DNA of 64,000 bases, from NCBI GenBank assembly GCA_001794055.1, contig MGJB01000012.1, positions 1,124-65,123 on the forward strand. The letters run 5' to 3'. Under the pieces are notes generated by a model. It was not told the DNA's origin, searched no databases, and saw nothing but the letters and a program-made list of their open reading frames with translations. This document shows positions 1-12,000 of this stretch, in pieces; positions within the stretch are counted from its first letter, which is position 1, and the number at the start of each line of letters is the position of its first letter. Origin of the DNA: Candidatus Yanofskybacteria bacterium RIFCSPHIGHO2_01_FULL_41_26 (GTDB lineage Bacteria; Patescibacteriota; Minisyncoccia; 2-02-FULL-40-12; GWA2-44-9). Position numbers and translations under genes: made by a program.

Positions 1-136
1 AAACATAGAATCTCAAACTAATCAATTCGTGATTTTCCACCTTAACACTATGTGTTATAATTAACATAATGATAATGCAAAAACTGCCATACAGAGGTTG
101 AGAATGGCAAGGTAAAATATGAGTTAGAGTTCTGAT

Positions 137-1099
137 CTATTTATCTTCCGCAATCTTATTGAGAATCTTCTGAATTGAAACAATAGAATCCAGATCATGG
201 ATTGAAAAAGCTGATGCATTTTTGTTCAGCTTTTTCAATTTAGCTAATTTCTTTTTTGCTGTTGCTAAATCTACCATGTCGGTTTTACCCAAGAAAAGGT
301 ACTCGTCTTTTTCTAATAATGATTTATTATAAGCGCCGAGTTCTTTTCGGATTGCTTTATAATCTTTAACAAGATCTTCGGATTCAGCCGAAACAATATG
401 GAAAAGCACCCTAGTTCGCTCAATATGGCGAAGGAATTTAACCCCCAGCCCCTTACCTTCCGATGCCCCTTCAATGAGACCTGGGATATCAGCGAGAATA
501 AGGTCATGGTAAGCACCTAAATGAGGCTCCAGTGTTGTGAAATGGTAATTTGCAACTTTACTTTTGGCTTTGGTGAGCTCATTCAACAAGCTTGATTTGC
601 CAACATTAGAAAGTCCGATAATACCAACGTCTGCAATCATTTTTAATTCAAGACGAACATTATATTGTTCTCCTGGCAAACCCTCCTGAAACCTCTTGGG
701 ACTGGTACTGTGCGGTCCGCGAAAAAGAAAATTGCCCTTACCGCCGTGTCCACCTTTAGCGCCCAAAATCTCTTCCCCAACTCTAACAAGTTCCTGATCA
801 ACACCAGTAGTAAGGTTGTGAATAACCGTCCCGACTGGAACCTTAACAACAAGATCTTCTCCGGCCGTGCCATCATTTAATTGATGTCTGCCGTTTTTTC
901 CGTCTTCAGCCTTAAAAACCTTTGCGTTGCGAAGGGCATTCAATGCGCCTAGATCGGAGACGCCAATAAATGAAATATTGCCACCGTTGCCTCCCCTACC
1001 ACCGGTTGGGCCAAGAGAACCTTTGTTTTTGTTAAAAGCAACGATACCACCGCCCCCTTTTCCTGCCTGAATTCTAATTGTTAGGTTGTCTATTATCAT
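137..1099 (-). CDS. obg: GTPase ObgE/CgtA
   Basis: Gly-rich Obg N-domain (AGKGGGG, GGRGGNGG), P-loop GLSNVGKS, FTTLEP, DIPGLIEGA. Confidence 0.96.
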   Translation of the reverse strand: MIIDNLTIRIQAGKGGGGIVAFNKNKGSLGPTGGRGGNGGNISFIGVSDLGALNALRNAKVFKAEDGKNGRHQLNDGTAGEDLVVKVPVGTVIHNLTTGVDQELVRVGEEILGAKGGHGGKGNFLFRGPHSTSPKRFQEGLPGEQYNVRLELKMIADVGIIGLSNVGKSSLLNELTKAKSKVANYHFTTLEPHLGAYHDLILADIPGLIEGASEGKGLGVKFLRHIERTRVLFHIVSAESEDLVKDYKAIRKELGAYNKSLLEKDEYLFLGKTDMVDLATAKKKLAKLKKLNKNASAFSIHDLDSIVSIQKILNKIAEDK

Positions 1100-1173
1100 G
1101 CCCGCATATTATAACCCACCTGAATAGCTCACGCAACCTCCAAAAAAAAGCCGACATTGGTCGGCATAGAACA

Positions 1174-2676
1174 TTAAACAATAAACTTAATTCTTGGGTT
1201 TTGGGAAAGAACAAGATATAAAGCAACGGCAATACAATCGGCAAGAAAACCCCTGCCCACACTTCGATCATGTTTTTCTAACACGGCCTGATAGGCCAAT
1301 TCTATCTTATTTTCAAAGCCTTGAATATCAGCGCCGATCATCACATCATAAGCCAATTGAACAGTTTGGAAACCAGCAACAAACTCGTTGTTATGAGCAA
1401 GACTGGTTGAATTAGACGACTGCTTAAGTTCCAATTGATAATACTCAAATATATTTTTAGCACTCAAATGTTGAGCTACTTGTCTATCCGAATAATGAGA
1501 AAGTTGATTGGCTAATTTTTTCATCTCAATAAGTTGATTCACGTCTTCTCTTGAGGTATTTTTCATGACAGTGCCCGCAAAGTGAAGAATGTCCGAAACT
1601 GAGTATCTTTGAGACATGTCATGCATATATTGAGCTGTTACGATTGACATTAAAAGCTCTATAATTCCTTGATTTATTCTTCCACCTCCACGGTTTCGAA
1701 CACTTTCTCTTTGAGCTCTTAGAGCAATGTCATAGATTAGTTCTTGGTTTGTACACATTCCAGCAAAACGAGGAAAGAATAAAATTCTTTCAGCTAAAGA
1801 CTCAAAAGCATGACCGAGGTTAATCCCACCAACAATGAAATACTCAAGCTTCAAGTGTCGGCTAATATTTCTATCTCTACTAGTGCAGCCCTCTTTGTCC
1901 GAAACTGGCTCAAGGGCTGTAGCTATCATTATTTGCCTTGCGGTTTCTGTTGGTATTCTTAAATTAGTAGAGATGTGCCTCCATCCTTGATTATATAGTC
2001 CGGGCTCAACTTCTTCTTCCATCTTTCGAATAAAAACATCGGCATTATATAAATCCACGACTAATGCTTTTCTATCAAGATTTAATTCAAGCATCTTCTC
2101 CATGATTTCATCGTCACTCAAAGCTCTTTTTTCTCCGAACTTATCATTGACTCGATGAAGCGCATCATAAACATCGGCTAAAGCCAAAATTCTTCCATAT
2201 TCAGGAATGAGCAACTTTGTTCCCTCACTGTAGCCATGAAGAGCTGGTGGTACAACTTTTGGATAACCATTTTTTTGAAATTTATGATGCCAAGTAATTA
2301 CTTCGGCCGAAAAATCAAATCTTCCTCGAACCATATCATAACTGTCCAAAACATGGCCTTCCATCTCTTGAGTATCTCTTTCAGTCCAACCCTCAGTTTT
2401 ACCTAGGGTATCAAGCGCAACCTGACATTTTCCCAAATCATGCATTAGGCCAGCGTAAAAAAGAGCCTTTTGATCCAAGTGCATAAAGGCTGCAATTTTT
2501 CTGGCCAATAAGCCCACTCTTAAGCTGTGGTGATAATGGATTTTAGTTGTTGGATTTTTGTGTTTCAGCGGCGCAAGAAATGCCCATACCGCTTCTTTGT
2601 TTTCCTGTCCTATCTTAAGAACATCAAAAATAGCATTTACCTGAAATTCAAGATCGCCAGCAAGTGAGTCTGTCAT
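1174..2676 (-). CDS. HD-GYP-type phosphohydrolase fused to a CitG-like C-terminal domain
   Basis: HSLRV, HDLGK, HHKFQKNGYP, ILALADVYDAL. C-half motifs LEPVSDKEG and RINQGIIELL resemble CitG-family motifs (less certain). Confidence 0.65.
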   Translation of the reverse strand: MTDSLAGDLEFQVNAIFDVLKIGQENKEAVWAFLAPLKHKNPTTKIHYHHSLRVGLLARKIAAFMHLDQKALFYAGLMHDLGKCQVALDTLGKTEGWTERDTQEMEGHVLDSYDMVRGRFDFSAEVITWHHKFQKNGYPKVVPPALHGYSEGTKLLIPEYGRILALADVYDALHRVNDKFGEKRALSDDEIMEKMLELNLDRKALVVDLYNADVFIRKMEEEVEPGLYNQGWRHISTNLRIPTETARQIMIATALEPVSDKEGCTSRDRNISRHLKLEYFIVGGINLGHAFESLAERILFFPRFAGMCTNQELIYDIALRAQRESVRNRGGGRINQGIIELLMSIVTAQYMHDMSQRYSVSDILHFAGTVMKNTSREDVNQLIEMKKLANQLSHYSDRQVAQHLSAKNIFEYYQLELKQSSNSTSLAHNNEFVAGFQTVQLAYDVMIGADIQGFENKIELAYQAVLEKHDRSVGRGFLADCIAVALYLVLSQNPRIKFIV

Positions 2677-2710
2677 ATTAATCCTTTCAAGGTACAGTAG
2701 ATTACCTAAT

Positions 2711-2738
2711 ATTATATCCTGATTTTATTGCATGTCAA
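2711..2738 (-). promoter_or_regulatory. sigma70-type promoter of the HD gene
   Basis: TTGACA-N16-TATAAT on the minus strand. Confidence 0.6.
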
Positions 2739-2867
2739 TCATGCATCGTTGGACAAACTAAACGAATCCTTGCATTTTAGTCCAAATTAGTGTATACTAT
2801 ACAGTAGTTAAAAAGAGACGGAGGTCGGGTTTCTTAAGTAAAGTAAATTAAATTATAAGATACAAAC

Positions 2868-3068
2868 ATGACAGGTACAATAAAGAAGAAGATTGAGGAC
2901 AGAATGTTCGGATTTATCACTCCAGAAGGTGAATCAAAAGATGTTTTCTTCCACCAAGATGCTTTAAATGGCGTGACATTTGAGGAGTTAAAAGAGGGCG
3001 ACGCTGTTTCTTTCGACGTAGTTCAGGGCGAAAAAGGCCCAGCCGCGAAAAACGTACAGCGAGCTTAA
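2868..3068 (+). CDS. Cold-shock protein
   Basis: FGFITP, DVFFH, GEKGPAAKNV; upstream TTGCAT-N17-TATACT. Confidence 0.95.
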   Translation: MTGTIKKKIEDRMFGFITPEGESKDVFFHQDALNGVTFEELKEGDAVSFDVVQGEKGPAAKNVQRA

Positions 3069-3083
3069 TAGACTCGATTCTGC

Positions 3084-3110
3084 AAAAACCCGCCTCTTCG
3101 GCGGGTTTTT
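3084..3110. terminator. Bidirectional intrinsic terminator
   Basis: AAAAACCCGCC-TCTTC-GGCGGGTTTTT between convergent genes. Confidence 0.8.
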
Positions 3111-3111
3111 G

Positions 3112-3951
3112 TTAACCCTTAATATGGCGAGGATATTTTTTAACTTCCAATAGAAGATCTTTGTTGGAATAACGGTGACGCTGAATACGGCGCCAACCAA
3201 AATCTTCATGGGTATTAGTCGATGTCAAAAGTGGACACACAGAACGCACAGCAACAAGCTTTGATCCGCACACTTTTCCACTATCAGGGTCGCGTCTGGT
3301 ATACCAAAGAATCTGGCAGTTTCGTATTTTATCGGCCGATTTATCAGAAGAATCGAGTCGTATAAAATCGTCGTGCCCTAAACTTTCAAATTCAAGCTGA
3401 AGCGCCCTTATAACGTGACCATGACAAACAACAATCACCCGTCTATCCGGGCACTCTCTGGCTAGGTGAGCCATAAAATCTGTTTTTAATCGAAGACACA
3501 ACATTGGAATTGATTCCCCTCCTCCGGCGGGTTGAGAAAGAAAAGGATCCAACTCATATTGCGCTTGTTCCCTAGCAAACAAAGTTTTCTTTTCATCATC
3601 AGGAAGATTGTCTATAAGAGCATGATCTCTTTCCCTTAGTTGAAACTCAACTCGCCATTCAGCGTCAGGAAGATCCATGTAGACAGCAGTCTCCTTGGCG
3701 CGCATATAATCTGAAACATAAAAACGATCCAAGGGCATCGTAATATTATTCTTTAGCCATTTACCTGCCGCTTTAGCTTGCTTAATTCCTTTGTCAGTTA
3801 AACGAAAAGATCGACTGTGTTTGTGCCTGAAGTCAGGAGTAAAAAATCTATTATCTCCCTTGCGGCTGGCCTTATTGGCAACATTGCCTTCTGATTCACC
3901 GTGTCGAACAAGAATTATATCAATCGGTAACATAATTAATAAGTATAACAA
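3112..3951 (-). CDS. Histidine phosphatase (phosphoglycerate mutase family)
   Basis: LVRHGES, LRERD, GGES, VCHGHVI; true start may be the downstream MLPID. Confidence 0.9.
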   Translation of the reverse strand: MLYLLIMLPIDIILVRHGESEGNVANKASRKGDNRFFTPDFRHKHSRSFRLTDKGIKQAKAAGKWLKNNITMPLDRFYVSDYMRAKETAVYMDLPDAEWRVEFQLRERDHALIDNLPDDEKKTLFAREQAQYELDPFLSQPAGGGESIPMLCLRLKTDFMAHLARECPDRRVIVVCHGHVIRALQLEFESLGHDDFIRLDSSDKSADKIRNCQILWYTRRDPDSGKVCGSKLVAVRSVCPLLTSTNTHEDFGWRRIQRHRYSNKDLLLEVKKYPRHIKG

Positions 3952-3980
3952 AAAATGTTTTAATAAAACATTTTTTGTTA

Positions 3981-5198
3981 TTATTCATACCCCTTTAATT
4001 TTCCGAGTTTGTGGTGCTGGCGGATTTTTTCAAGAGCTTTAGCCTCTATTTGTCTTATGCGTTCCCGCGTGACCGCAAACACCTTGCCAACTTCTTCAAG
4101 AGTGTGCGTCACGCCATCAGCAAGACCGAACCGCATGTCAAGAATTTTTTGCTCTCTCGGGGTCAGATCGGCAATAATCTCATCAATATAAGTTTTGAGA
4201 ATTTTCCTTGCAGCCGACGTTGAGGGTGATATGGAATCGTCATCAGGAATAAAACTTTCCAACGAACTATCCTCGTCTTCATCTCCAACCGGCGCTTCGA
4301 GAGAAATTGTTTCCTGGGAAATTTTTTGGATATGTCTTACTTTTTCCACTTCCATTCCCATTTCTGAAGCAATTTCTTCCGGCATCGGATCGCGCCCCAA
4401 ATCTTGGACCAAACGCCTTACAACCTGCTGATATTTATTTATGGTTTCCACCATATGGACCGGGATACGGATAGTTCTGCCCTGGTCGGCCAAAGCACGG
4501 GTAATAGCCTGTCTTATCCACCAAGTAGCATAAGTTGAGAATTTATATCCTTTTTTATAATCAAATTTTTCAACGGCTTTAAATAAGCCAATGTTCCCCT
4601 CTTGAATCAAGTCAAGTAGGGTTAGGTTGGCAGAACGACCGACATATTTTTTGGCAATGGAAACAACCAAGCGGAGATTTGAAACAGCAAGTTTTTGCCT
4701 TGCCGATTCATCGTTTTTCTCAATTTTTTTTGCCAGCTCAACTTCCTCGTCTCCGGTAAGCAAGGGGTATCGGCCGATTTCTTTCAAATACATTTGAACC
4801 GAATCGGAAGCGACATCGCCGAATTCAGTTTCTATTTTCTTTTTCTCATCATATTCTTTAACCTTTTCTTCCTCAAAAACTCTTCCCGATTCTATGATGT
4901 TTATGTTGGCCGACTCCAATCTCTCATAAAGAGCTTCCAAACCCTTGATATCTTTTTCTATGCTCGGAAAAGCATTGAGAACTTCGGCTTGAGTCACGAA
5001 ACCTCTTGATTTGCCTTTTTCTATCAAAGCCAAAACACCACTTTCTGATATCGGGCTTTTTTTGCCTGCCTGCCGGTAAGTACGGCCGACTACTTGTTTT
5101 CTCTTGGCTTTTTTGGCAATCTTTTTTGCTTTTTTGGCCTTTTTTACTTTCTTTTTTATCGGCTTTTTGACTTTTTTCTTTTTTAGGTTTTTTTTCAT
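3981..5198 (-). CDS. rpoD: RNA polymerase primary sigma factor
   Basis: [45 protein letters not shown]. Confidence 0.97.
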   Translation of the reverse strand: MKKNLKKKKVKKPIKKKVKKAKKAKKIAKKAKRKQVVGRTYRQAGKKSPISESGVLALIEKGKSRGFVTQAEVLNAFPSIEKDIKGLEALYERLESANINIIESGRVFEEEKVKEYDEKKKIETEFGDVASDSVQMYLKEIGRYPLLTGDEEVELAKKIEKNDESARQKLAVSNLRLVVSIAKKYVGRSANLTLLDLIQEGNIGLFKAVEKFDYKKGYKFSTYATWWIRQAITRALADQGRTIRIPVHMVETINKYQQVVRRLVQDLGRDPMPEEIASEMGMEVEKVRHIQKISQETISLEAPVGDEDEDSSLESFIPDDDSISPSTSAARKILKTYIDEIIADLTPREQKILDMRFGLADGVTHTLEEVGKVFAVTRERIRQIEAKALEKIRQHHKLGKLKGYE

Positions 5199-5220
5199 TT
5201 GTTTAGAAATTAGAAATTGG

Positions 5221-6984
5221 TTAATTATCTGACCTATGTATTTCTCCTAATCTGTTTAAAACTTTATTTGCCTCGGAGGCTAGTGCCAATTGATTTGTTT
5301 TGTTGTCGCCAGTCCTCATTTCAAACCCTATTTTTTCCAGCTTGATCCGAAGATGACGTTCCTCAAGTTTATGCATCAAATTAGTAAATTCCGTCTTTAA
5401 TTCTTCGTCCTTGGAGTCTTTCCAGAATTCTTGCGACTTTAGATATGCAAACTCCAATTTGTAGCTATGATTTTTATCCCTGAAATCTTTCAGAAGATCG
5501 GCCACGTTATTCGAATTAATTGATGTTAACGTAACAATTGCTTCAGCAGTTTGATCATCAAGCAGCTCCGGATTTATATTTTTAAGATCATCTTTAAAAA
5601 GTACCGGGTCTTTCATGATTAATGACAGTAGGGTGTCACTAAGCAGATCGGTAGCAATGGTTGGTTGAATTTTATCTTGCGTATTCTTGTTAATTTCGAG
5701 CTCTCCTTTTGACAGTTGTATATCGTTTGAAATAATTTCTTCTTTTGTTCTTAGTTCAATTGCCAGTTGGCCCGTCCAGTAATTCTTTTCCGTGTAAGTC
5801 GCTAATTTTTTAATAAAAGGGGCCAATTCGTTTATAATAGATTTTTTACCTTCTACAGAAAGCCGGTCAAATTTGGATAATGCCTTATTAAAAACAATCT
5901 CTAGAATTTGTTTTTCTTCGGCAGCAGTTTGTACCCAGTTTGAAGGATTTTTTCTTATTAAATCGGCCGGATCTTTGCATTCATTGTCTTGGATTTCTAT
6001 ACCCGTAACTCTAAAATTTTCGCCCAAAGCCAAGAGTATGTCTTTTTTGGTGGCCATATTTCCAGCCTTATCTGAATCAAGACAGAGACACAGATTGGTG
6101 GTATATCTCTTGATAAATTTCAAATGATTTTGTGCCAATGCAGTTCCCGAAGAAGCGACAACATTTTTTACTCCCGCCTGATGAGACATCAGGGTATCCA
6201 TGTTGCCCTCTACTAGTATACACAAATCGGATCTTTTAATCTCCATCCTTGCTTTGTTCAATCCGTAAAGAACCCCCGACTTGTCATAAATTCTGGTTTG
6301 AGGCGTGTTGATATACTTAGCAGTTTCTTTATCTTCTGTTCCAAATATTCTTGCAGAAAATCCAATAACCCGATCGTTGAGATCAAAAACAGGAAACATG
6401 ATTCTTGAACGGAACCTGTCATAAACTCCCGAACCATCATTCCTTTTGACAGCCATGCCAGCATCTATCATTTCCGTTTCGCTGTAACCGCAGTTCTTCA
6501 AAAAAGTTCCCAAAGCATTCCAGTCGTTAGGGGCAAATCCCAAACGAAATTCTAAAATTGTAGAATCAACAACTCCCCTGTTTTTTAGATATTCTAAAGC
6601 GAGTTTTCCTGTGTTCGAATTAAATTGTTTTTCAAAAAACTTTGTGGCTGACTCGCAAACTTCATATAATCTCGCTTTATCATCTTTAACATCAGGATTA
6701 AAAGAGCCGATCTCTACTCCGGCTTTGGTGGCAAGAATTCTTAAAGCTTCAGGAAACTCGACACCTTCTATGTCCTGGACAAAAGTAAACATATCGCCCC
6801 CCTTTGAACACCCGAAACAATGCCAAACTTGGCGTTCCGGAGAGACAACAAATGAGGGCGTTTTCTCATTATGAAAAGGACAGCGGGCCTTAAAATTCAT
6901 GCCCGCTTTTTGCAGTTTTAAATACCCAGAGATAACATCGACAACATCAAGCCGACCCTTAATTTTGGAGACATTATCTTCCAT
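5221..6984 (-). CDS. dnaG: DNA primase
   Basis: [11 protein letters not shown]...CFGC zinc finger, KYINTP, TOPRIM EGNMD. Confidence 0.96.
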   Translation of the reverse strand: MEDNVSKIKGRLDVVDVISGYLKLQKAGMNFKARCPFHNEKTPSFVVSPERQVWHCFGCSKGGDMFTFVQDIEGVEFPEALRILATKAGVEIGSFNPDVKDDKARLYEVCESATKFFEKQFNSNTGKLALEYLKNRGVVDSTILEFRLGFAPNDWNALGTFLKNCGYSETEMIDAGMAVKRNDGSGVYDRFRSRIMFPVFDLNDRVIGFSARIFGTEDKETAKYINTPQTRIYDKSGVLYGLNKARMEIKRSDLCILVEGNMDTLMSHQAGVKNVVASSGTALAQNHLKFIKRYTTNLCLCLDSDKAGNMATKKDILLALGENFRVTGIEIQDNECKDPADLIRKNPSNWVQTAAEEKQILEIVFNKALSKFDRLSVEGKKSIINELAPFIKKLATYTEKNYWTGQLAIELRTKEEIISNDIQLSKGELEINKNTQDKIQPTIATDLLSDTLLSLIMKDPVLFKDDLKNINPELLDDQTAEAIVTLTSINSNNVADLLKDFRDKNHSYKLEFAYLKSQEFWKDSKDEELKTEFTNLMHKLEERHLRIKLEKIGFEMRTGDNKTNQLALASEANKVLNRLGEIHRSDN

Positions 6985-7040
6985 GATTTGATAATTTTAC
7001 CACAAAATTATCAAAAATAAAAGCCTCAAAAATTGAGGCC

Positions 7041-8300
7041 TTATTGTTTGATGAATTCTTTATCCCAAGCATTGTATTTTGAGGTCAAAGTATTTTTTAT
7101 ATAAACACTCACTTGATAAGTTCCGGATGGGATAGCAGCAACTTGTTCGGGTTTCACGAGATCAACTACAACAATCATCTCAGAATACTCATCCAAAGAA
7201 CGTTTTTTCATGTCCATCACGACTACGTCTTCTAACACAATCGGCTTACTTCTATTGTGGCCCTCAAAAATTATTCTATATTTGATGGACAGCTCCAGTT
7301 GTTCCCCCCTGGCCATCCAGTCAAAATTTTTCCAAGAAGCCGAGATGGTAAATCTTTCGCCCAAAGAAAGCTCGGCCGGAATAATTGAGTTGCAATTACC
7401 ACAAGAAGCAAGAATATAGTCCGCCCCAGATGTGCCGACAAGTTTTGGCGCCTCGCCGGTTATGCGCGCATTGGATTGTTTGGCTATTTCCGACGCCGGT
7501 TTGGGAGGTTGAAGCGCCTTTCCTTGTAAGCTAGAACTGCCTTGCGAGAAGTTAAAGAGCGCCCAGGCAAAAACATATCCATCTATGACGCCACCTTTGC
7601 CACTTGAATTATAAATATCATAATAAACTCGAGTAAGTTCATCAGGGCAAGCTTGAGCTTGCATACCGCCGGCATAGCCAAAGCTTCGGAAAACAGCAAC
7701 TTCATTGATTGCGCCGCATGAATCCATTCGATAAGAATCCTGTGAAAAGAGACGATACGATCCCGAAAAACTTTTCTGATAGAACAAAAAAGCGTAGAGA
7801 ATACTGCCATTATTAGGATTGCCGTAAATCCAGAGCATCATGGGCACAAATGAATTGCCCTCAAGAGTATCCATGACATCGGGTTCGCCATGAAGCAAAT
7901 AAACTTTGGCCATATCGCCCCGGAATCCGCCGTTTGACCTGAATAAGAGTCCGGTTGTACCATGTGTACTGAAAAATACCTCATCGGCAATATCGTTAAT
8001 TCGTTCATCAATCTCATTTTTATATTCATTTTCCGAAGTTGAAGGATCAGGATCTCGCTCAAGCCAGAACTTGTCAATAAATTCTTGCCTTTCTTCATCA
8101 GTCAGAAGTTTTTTAAATTCTTTATCCTCTTTATCAATAAGAACGTAATACCGATTTAAGAATTGGGATGGGATATCGGCAGGAATACTGTTTGGTTTAT
8201 CGACAAAAATTATCGGCTTTTTGGTTTCGGTTGAAGCGCAGCCAATTATAAGCGGAAATAGAAACATAACGGCAAAAACAAATGACTTATTTCTTTTCAT
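7041..8300 (-). CDS. GWxTD-domain-like lipoprotein
   Basis: Signal peptide with IIGC lipobox; FIDKFWLERDPDP..ENE; degenerate motif GFRGD..KVYLLHGEPD. Start moved to MKRNK, which follows GGAGG. Confidence 0.75.
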   Translation of the reverse strand: MKRNKSFVFAVMFLFPLIIGCASTETKKPIIFVDKPNSIPADIPSQFLNRYYVLIDKEDKEFKKLLTDEERQEFIDKFWLERDPDPSTSENEYKNEIDERINDIADEVFFSTHGTTGLLFRSNGGFRGDMAKVYLLHGEPDVMDTLEGNSFVPMMLWIYGNPNNGSILYAFLFYQKSFSGSYRLFSQDSYRMDSCGAINEVAVFRSFGYAGGMQAQACPDELTRVYYDIYNSSGKGGVIDGYVFAWALFNFSQGSSSLQGKALQPPKPASEIAKQSNARITGEAPKLVGTSGADYILASCGNCNSIIPAELSLGERFTISASWKNFDWMARGEQLELSIKYRIIFEGHNRSKPIVLEDVVVMDMKKRSLDEYSEMIVVVDLVKPEQVAAIPSGTYQVSVYIKNTLTSKYNAWDKEFIKQ

Positions 8301-9000
8301 TGGTTGCCTCCTTGCTTGTCGCAATGTCATCCTGATCAATCCTGACAATATGAACCTGGCCCGCCAAAGTAAATTTTATCCCGACAATAATTTGTTTCTT
8401 TGAATCGGCTTTAGACGGTTCTGAAAAAGGAGAAGTGCTTAAATCATAGCCATAACTTAAGGCACAATTCCCATTTTGATCCAAAAGCCATGATCGTAAA
8501 AAATCTTCCCTGATATCCTGTCCGGTCCGCGGATCACGGACTGTCCGCCATTGAACATAGGCGAATGCATCGGTTGCTTGTTGGACTCTCCCAAGAACCT
8601 TTGCTTCTTGCTGATTGTGATATTTTAAATTGGAAAAATTCCTATCTAAACCACCCTCTTCCACCGATTTGTTTTCACAAGCTCGTTCAGAAACAATGGC
8701 CACTTGCCGATAATAAACCCTGACAAATTCGTTTGTATCATTTGGATTTTGGTAGTCAACCACTCGGCCCAGAAAACCTGTTTTACAATCATTAACCCTA
8801 AATTCCAATTCTTTGGATAAAACCACGTTGAAATTTTTCACATCGGGAGGAGAATTAACCAAAGGACCACTAGTAACCAATAAAACAAGGGGAACCGCTA
8901 ATGTCAGAAGCATGAATTCCTCACTTTTAAGGAACTGGTATCTGCCTAAGACTATATGCCAATCAATAGAAAGCGCAATAGCAATACAAAAACGGCTCAT
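8287..9000 (-). CDS. Hypothetical secreted protein
   Basis: Open frame between two co-oriented genes; likely start is the internal MLLTLAVPL (~8913) after GAGGA. Confidence 0.6.
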   Translation of the reverse strand: MSRFCIAIALSIDWHIVLGRYQFLKSEEFMLLTLAVPLVLLVTSGPLVNSPPDVKNFNVVLSKELEFRVNDCKTGFLGRVVDYQNPNDTNEFVRVYYRQVAIVSERACENKSVEEGGLDRNFSNLKYHNQQEAKVLGRVQQATDAFAYVQWRTVRDPRTGQDIREDFLRSWLLDQNGNCALSYGYDLSTSPFSEPSKADSKKQIIVGIKFTLAGQVHIVRIDQDDIATSKEATNEKK

Positions 9001-9018
9001 CTGTGTGAGCCGTTAAAT

Positions 9019-12000
9019 TTAGAAATTGAAACCGATACGAACATTGAAAGACCATTTGTCCGGAGCAAATTTGGTTTTTGCCCATTCAAAGTTAAGAGGC
9101 AGAAATATGTTAGTCTGCAGTCCAAAACCATATGACCATTCTTTGCGAGTTGGGAACAGATCATCGCTGAACTTGGCCAATGCATAATCAACAAACAGTA
9201 CTCCGCGAACATTAAACGGAATGGCACTTAGTATCGCCACATCAGCAACAGGGAAACGCAGTTCCGCGCTCCCATAGCCGACCTGATTACCGGCAACGCT
9301 GAAGTAAGGATAGTTCCTCAAAGTATTGTTACCGCCCAGAAACATCACAGAATCACCATTGGGACGATTGCTGGTAAGACCGGCGGCACGAACCGCAACC
9401 AATGAACTGCCGGAAAGACGGATGTATCTGCGGGCATCAATCTGCGCCGTCAGATATGAAGCTGAATTTTTATTCAAGCCCAGTCCGTATTCCACTTGAG
9501 CCCGCATGGCGTCGCCATGCAAAGGTAAAGGTCCAAGCGTATTGTTAGAATACAGAACAGTATCATGCACAAATGCCGTGATAAAACCAACGTTGGTCTG
9601 ACCGCTGGAGGCCTTGAAAAATTCATAGAACTGGCGATCTATTTCGGGAAGATAATCCCCTAAATAAGCAACATCCGCATCTGTTAAAGGCAGAAAGTAC
9701 GTCCGTTTCCGCGGTCTAACTCCAAACTCAACACGATTCCACTTATTGAACGGATATTCGGTAAGAAATGTCGCGCTTGTTTCCTCGGCCCAAGTGCTGT
9801 TGAGAACGAACTGTTTGTAATCGCCGTTTGGATATGGATAGCGTGAATACTGACCCTGAAAATTATACAATGGATAGTATAACGGATATTGGGAGTGATT
9901 GAAGTTCACTGTCAACCCCCAACGCCGGGACAGATCCTGATATGTGTAGTCGGTGTATTGAAAGTCGCCATATTTGATATATAGTCCGGCATGCGTCCGA
10001 TTAGCAAACACATCTTGAACTACAAATTGAGAGCTCGCAAATAATCCCCAGTAAGTGCTCGTACCAATACTAACGTTTGACCCATAGAATTTCCAACGGG
10101 CTGGCGGTTTTTGAGGCCTTGCCAATTGATGCTGATCAAGCTGTTCACTGACTGCTTCCTGACTGCGAAATGCCAATTCCATGTTTTCGTTTTTGTTATC
10201 AATGACCGATGTCCGAAGAGATTCTTTCATCCTAAGATCAAATAACTCAAAGTTTGAATATACATAACTTCGGAATTGGTCATCTTCCAAATAGGCTGAA
10301 TATACAACACGATCGTTTTCACCGGAAACAAATTTCGGAGTAAAAACACCTCCATAATATTCGGTCCACTGTTTATTGGTGCGAGTGGCCAAATCTAGAG
10401 TATATAAATTCCAAATCTGGTCTTTTTCGTCGGATGTATAGACAAGCTGACGTCCATCAGACGACCAGCTCGGCGAATTGTCATTCCAACGACCGTAAGT
10501 AAGTTGCTCCTTGTTGCCTGTTGCCAAGTCCAACAAAAACAATTTCTGGAAACCGCCGTCAAACGCCACATACGCCAACTCAGTTCCGCCAGGAGACACC
10601 CGCGGTGCGCTGTTAAACACGCCGCCATTGGTCAAATTTTTCAACTCGTGCGTTTCAAGATTCATTGAATACACATCGCGCTGAATATTTTTGGCTGCCG
10701 AAAAATACAACACCTTGCCATCAGCACTGAAATTGGGCGAGAATGCCTGGTCAAGAGGAAGCTCCACTTCCTGCAGGAATTTGCCGGTGTTCGCATCGAG
10801 AATGAACAAGGCGTGATCTTTATTCTTTCTGGCAAAAAATGAAATCTTGCTGACGCTTGGAACACGCATCAGCTTGGCAAGTTCCTTTTTATCAGCGCCT
10901 TTAACCTTAGCAACCCATTCTGGATCCTGCCACCAATCCAAGTCCGAACCGTTGAACGGCCAGACATTTAGTTCTTGAGCAATTATGTACTCGTAATGTT
11001 TGGGCGGCATAAATTTCGTTAAGATTTTCAGAGGAGGATCTTGAACATTAACCTTACGGCCGAACATCCCCCTTTTTTTTCGATTCGCCTGCGACACATA
11101 TGGAGGATCATCCCGCGGTAGCATGCGCGCCACCGCCAGAACGATGCCATTCTTGGGATTGAAAGTCAGAAAAGCTACGAAGTTATCATCGGGCGAAACT
11201 TCGGGTGAAGTAAGGGGGTACGGGTAGGGCTGTCTAATAATCTGACGACCTTTAATACTGCTGGTTTCCTGGTACGGCTTGGGCCGCTCCAAAGAATCTT
11301 TTGCATATTTATCGGCCCAATAATTGCGGTGAGCCCGGTCAAATGCTTCAGCGTTATAGAATTCTCCCTTCGAAATGTCGGCCAAAAGTTCACTGAATTT
11401 CTGGCCGCGCTGGCTGAAAATTTTCACTATTTGATCAGCTACTGTTTTCTCGCCGTATTTGGCTTCAAGAAACATGAAAAGCATGGCTCCAAGTGAATAA
11501 GGATTGGCCTGACCCTGCGACAACATTTCCAACGTAGGCAATCCCATTTCCGGATTTTTGACATTAGCCGCCGCCAAACGCTGTTCCATTTTACGAATAT
11601 CGTCCCGCGAATAAGGTGCGTACTTATTAGCCAAATAATCTGCGATGGCTTCATACAGCCATGGCTCAATAGATTCACCACCCGCACGACCGATAAAACT
11701 CCAGCCGACCATATCAAACTGAAAAATATGTGCGAGTTCATGGGTATAGATTGTCCGATTCAAGACTGGCAAAAAATCCGGCTTAACCACAAGGATCATA
11801 TCGGTATCCGGCAAAAGACGAGAACCGCGTGGAAATGCATAAGCGCCCACACCCTCGGGCATAAACATTTCGCCGGCCAAATGAAGCGCTTCAAACTGAC
11901 TATGCGTACGTGACACGACTACTATTGGCCTCTTTTTCAACTGATGATTAAGCCTAAAACTCAAATATTCGCAAGAGCCTTCTAGGTGCGCCACCAAGTT

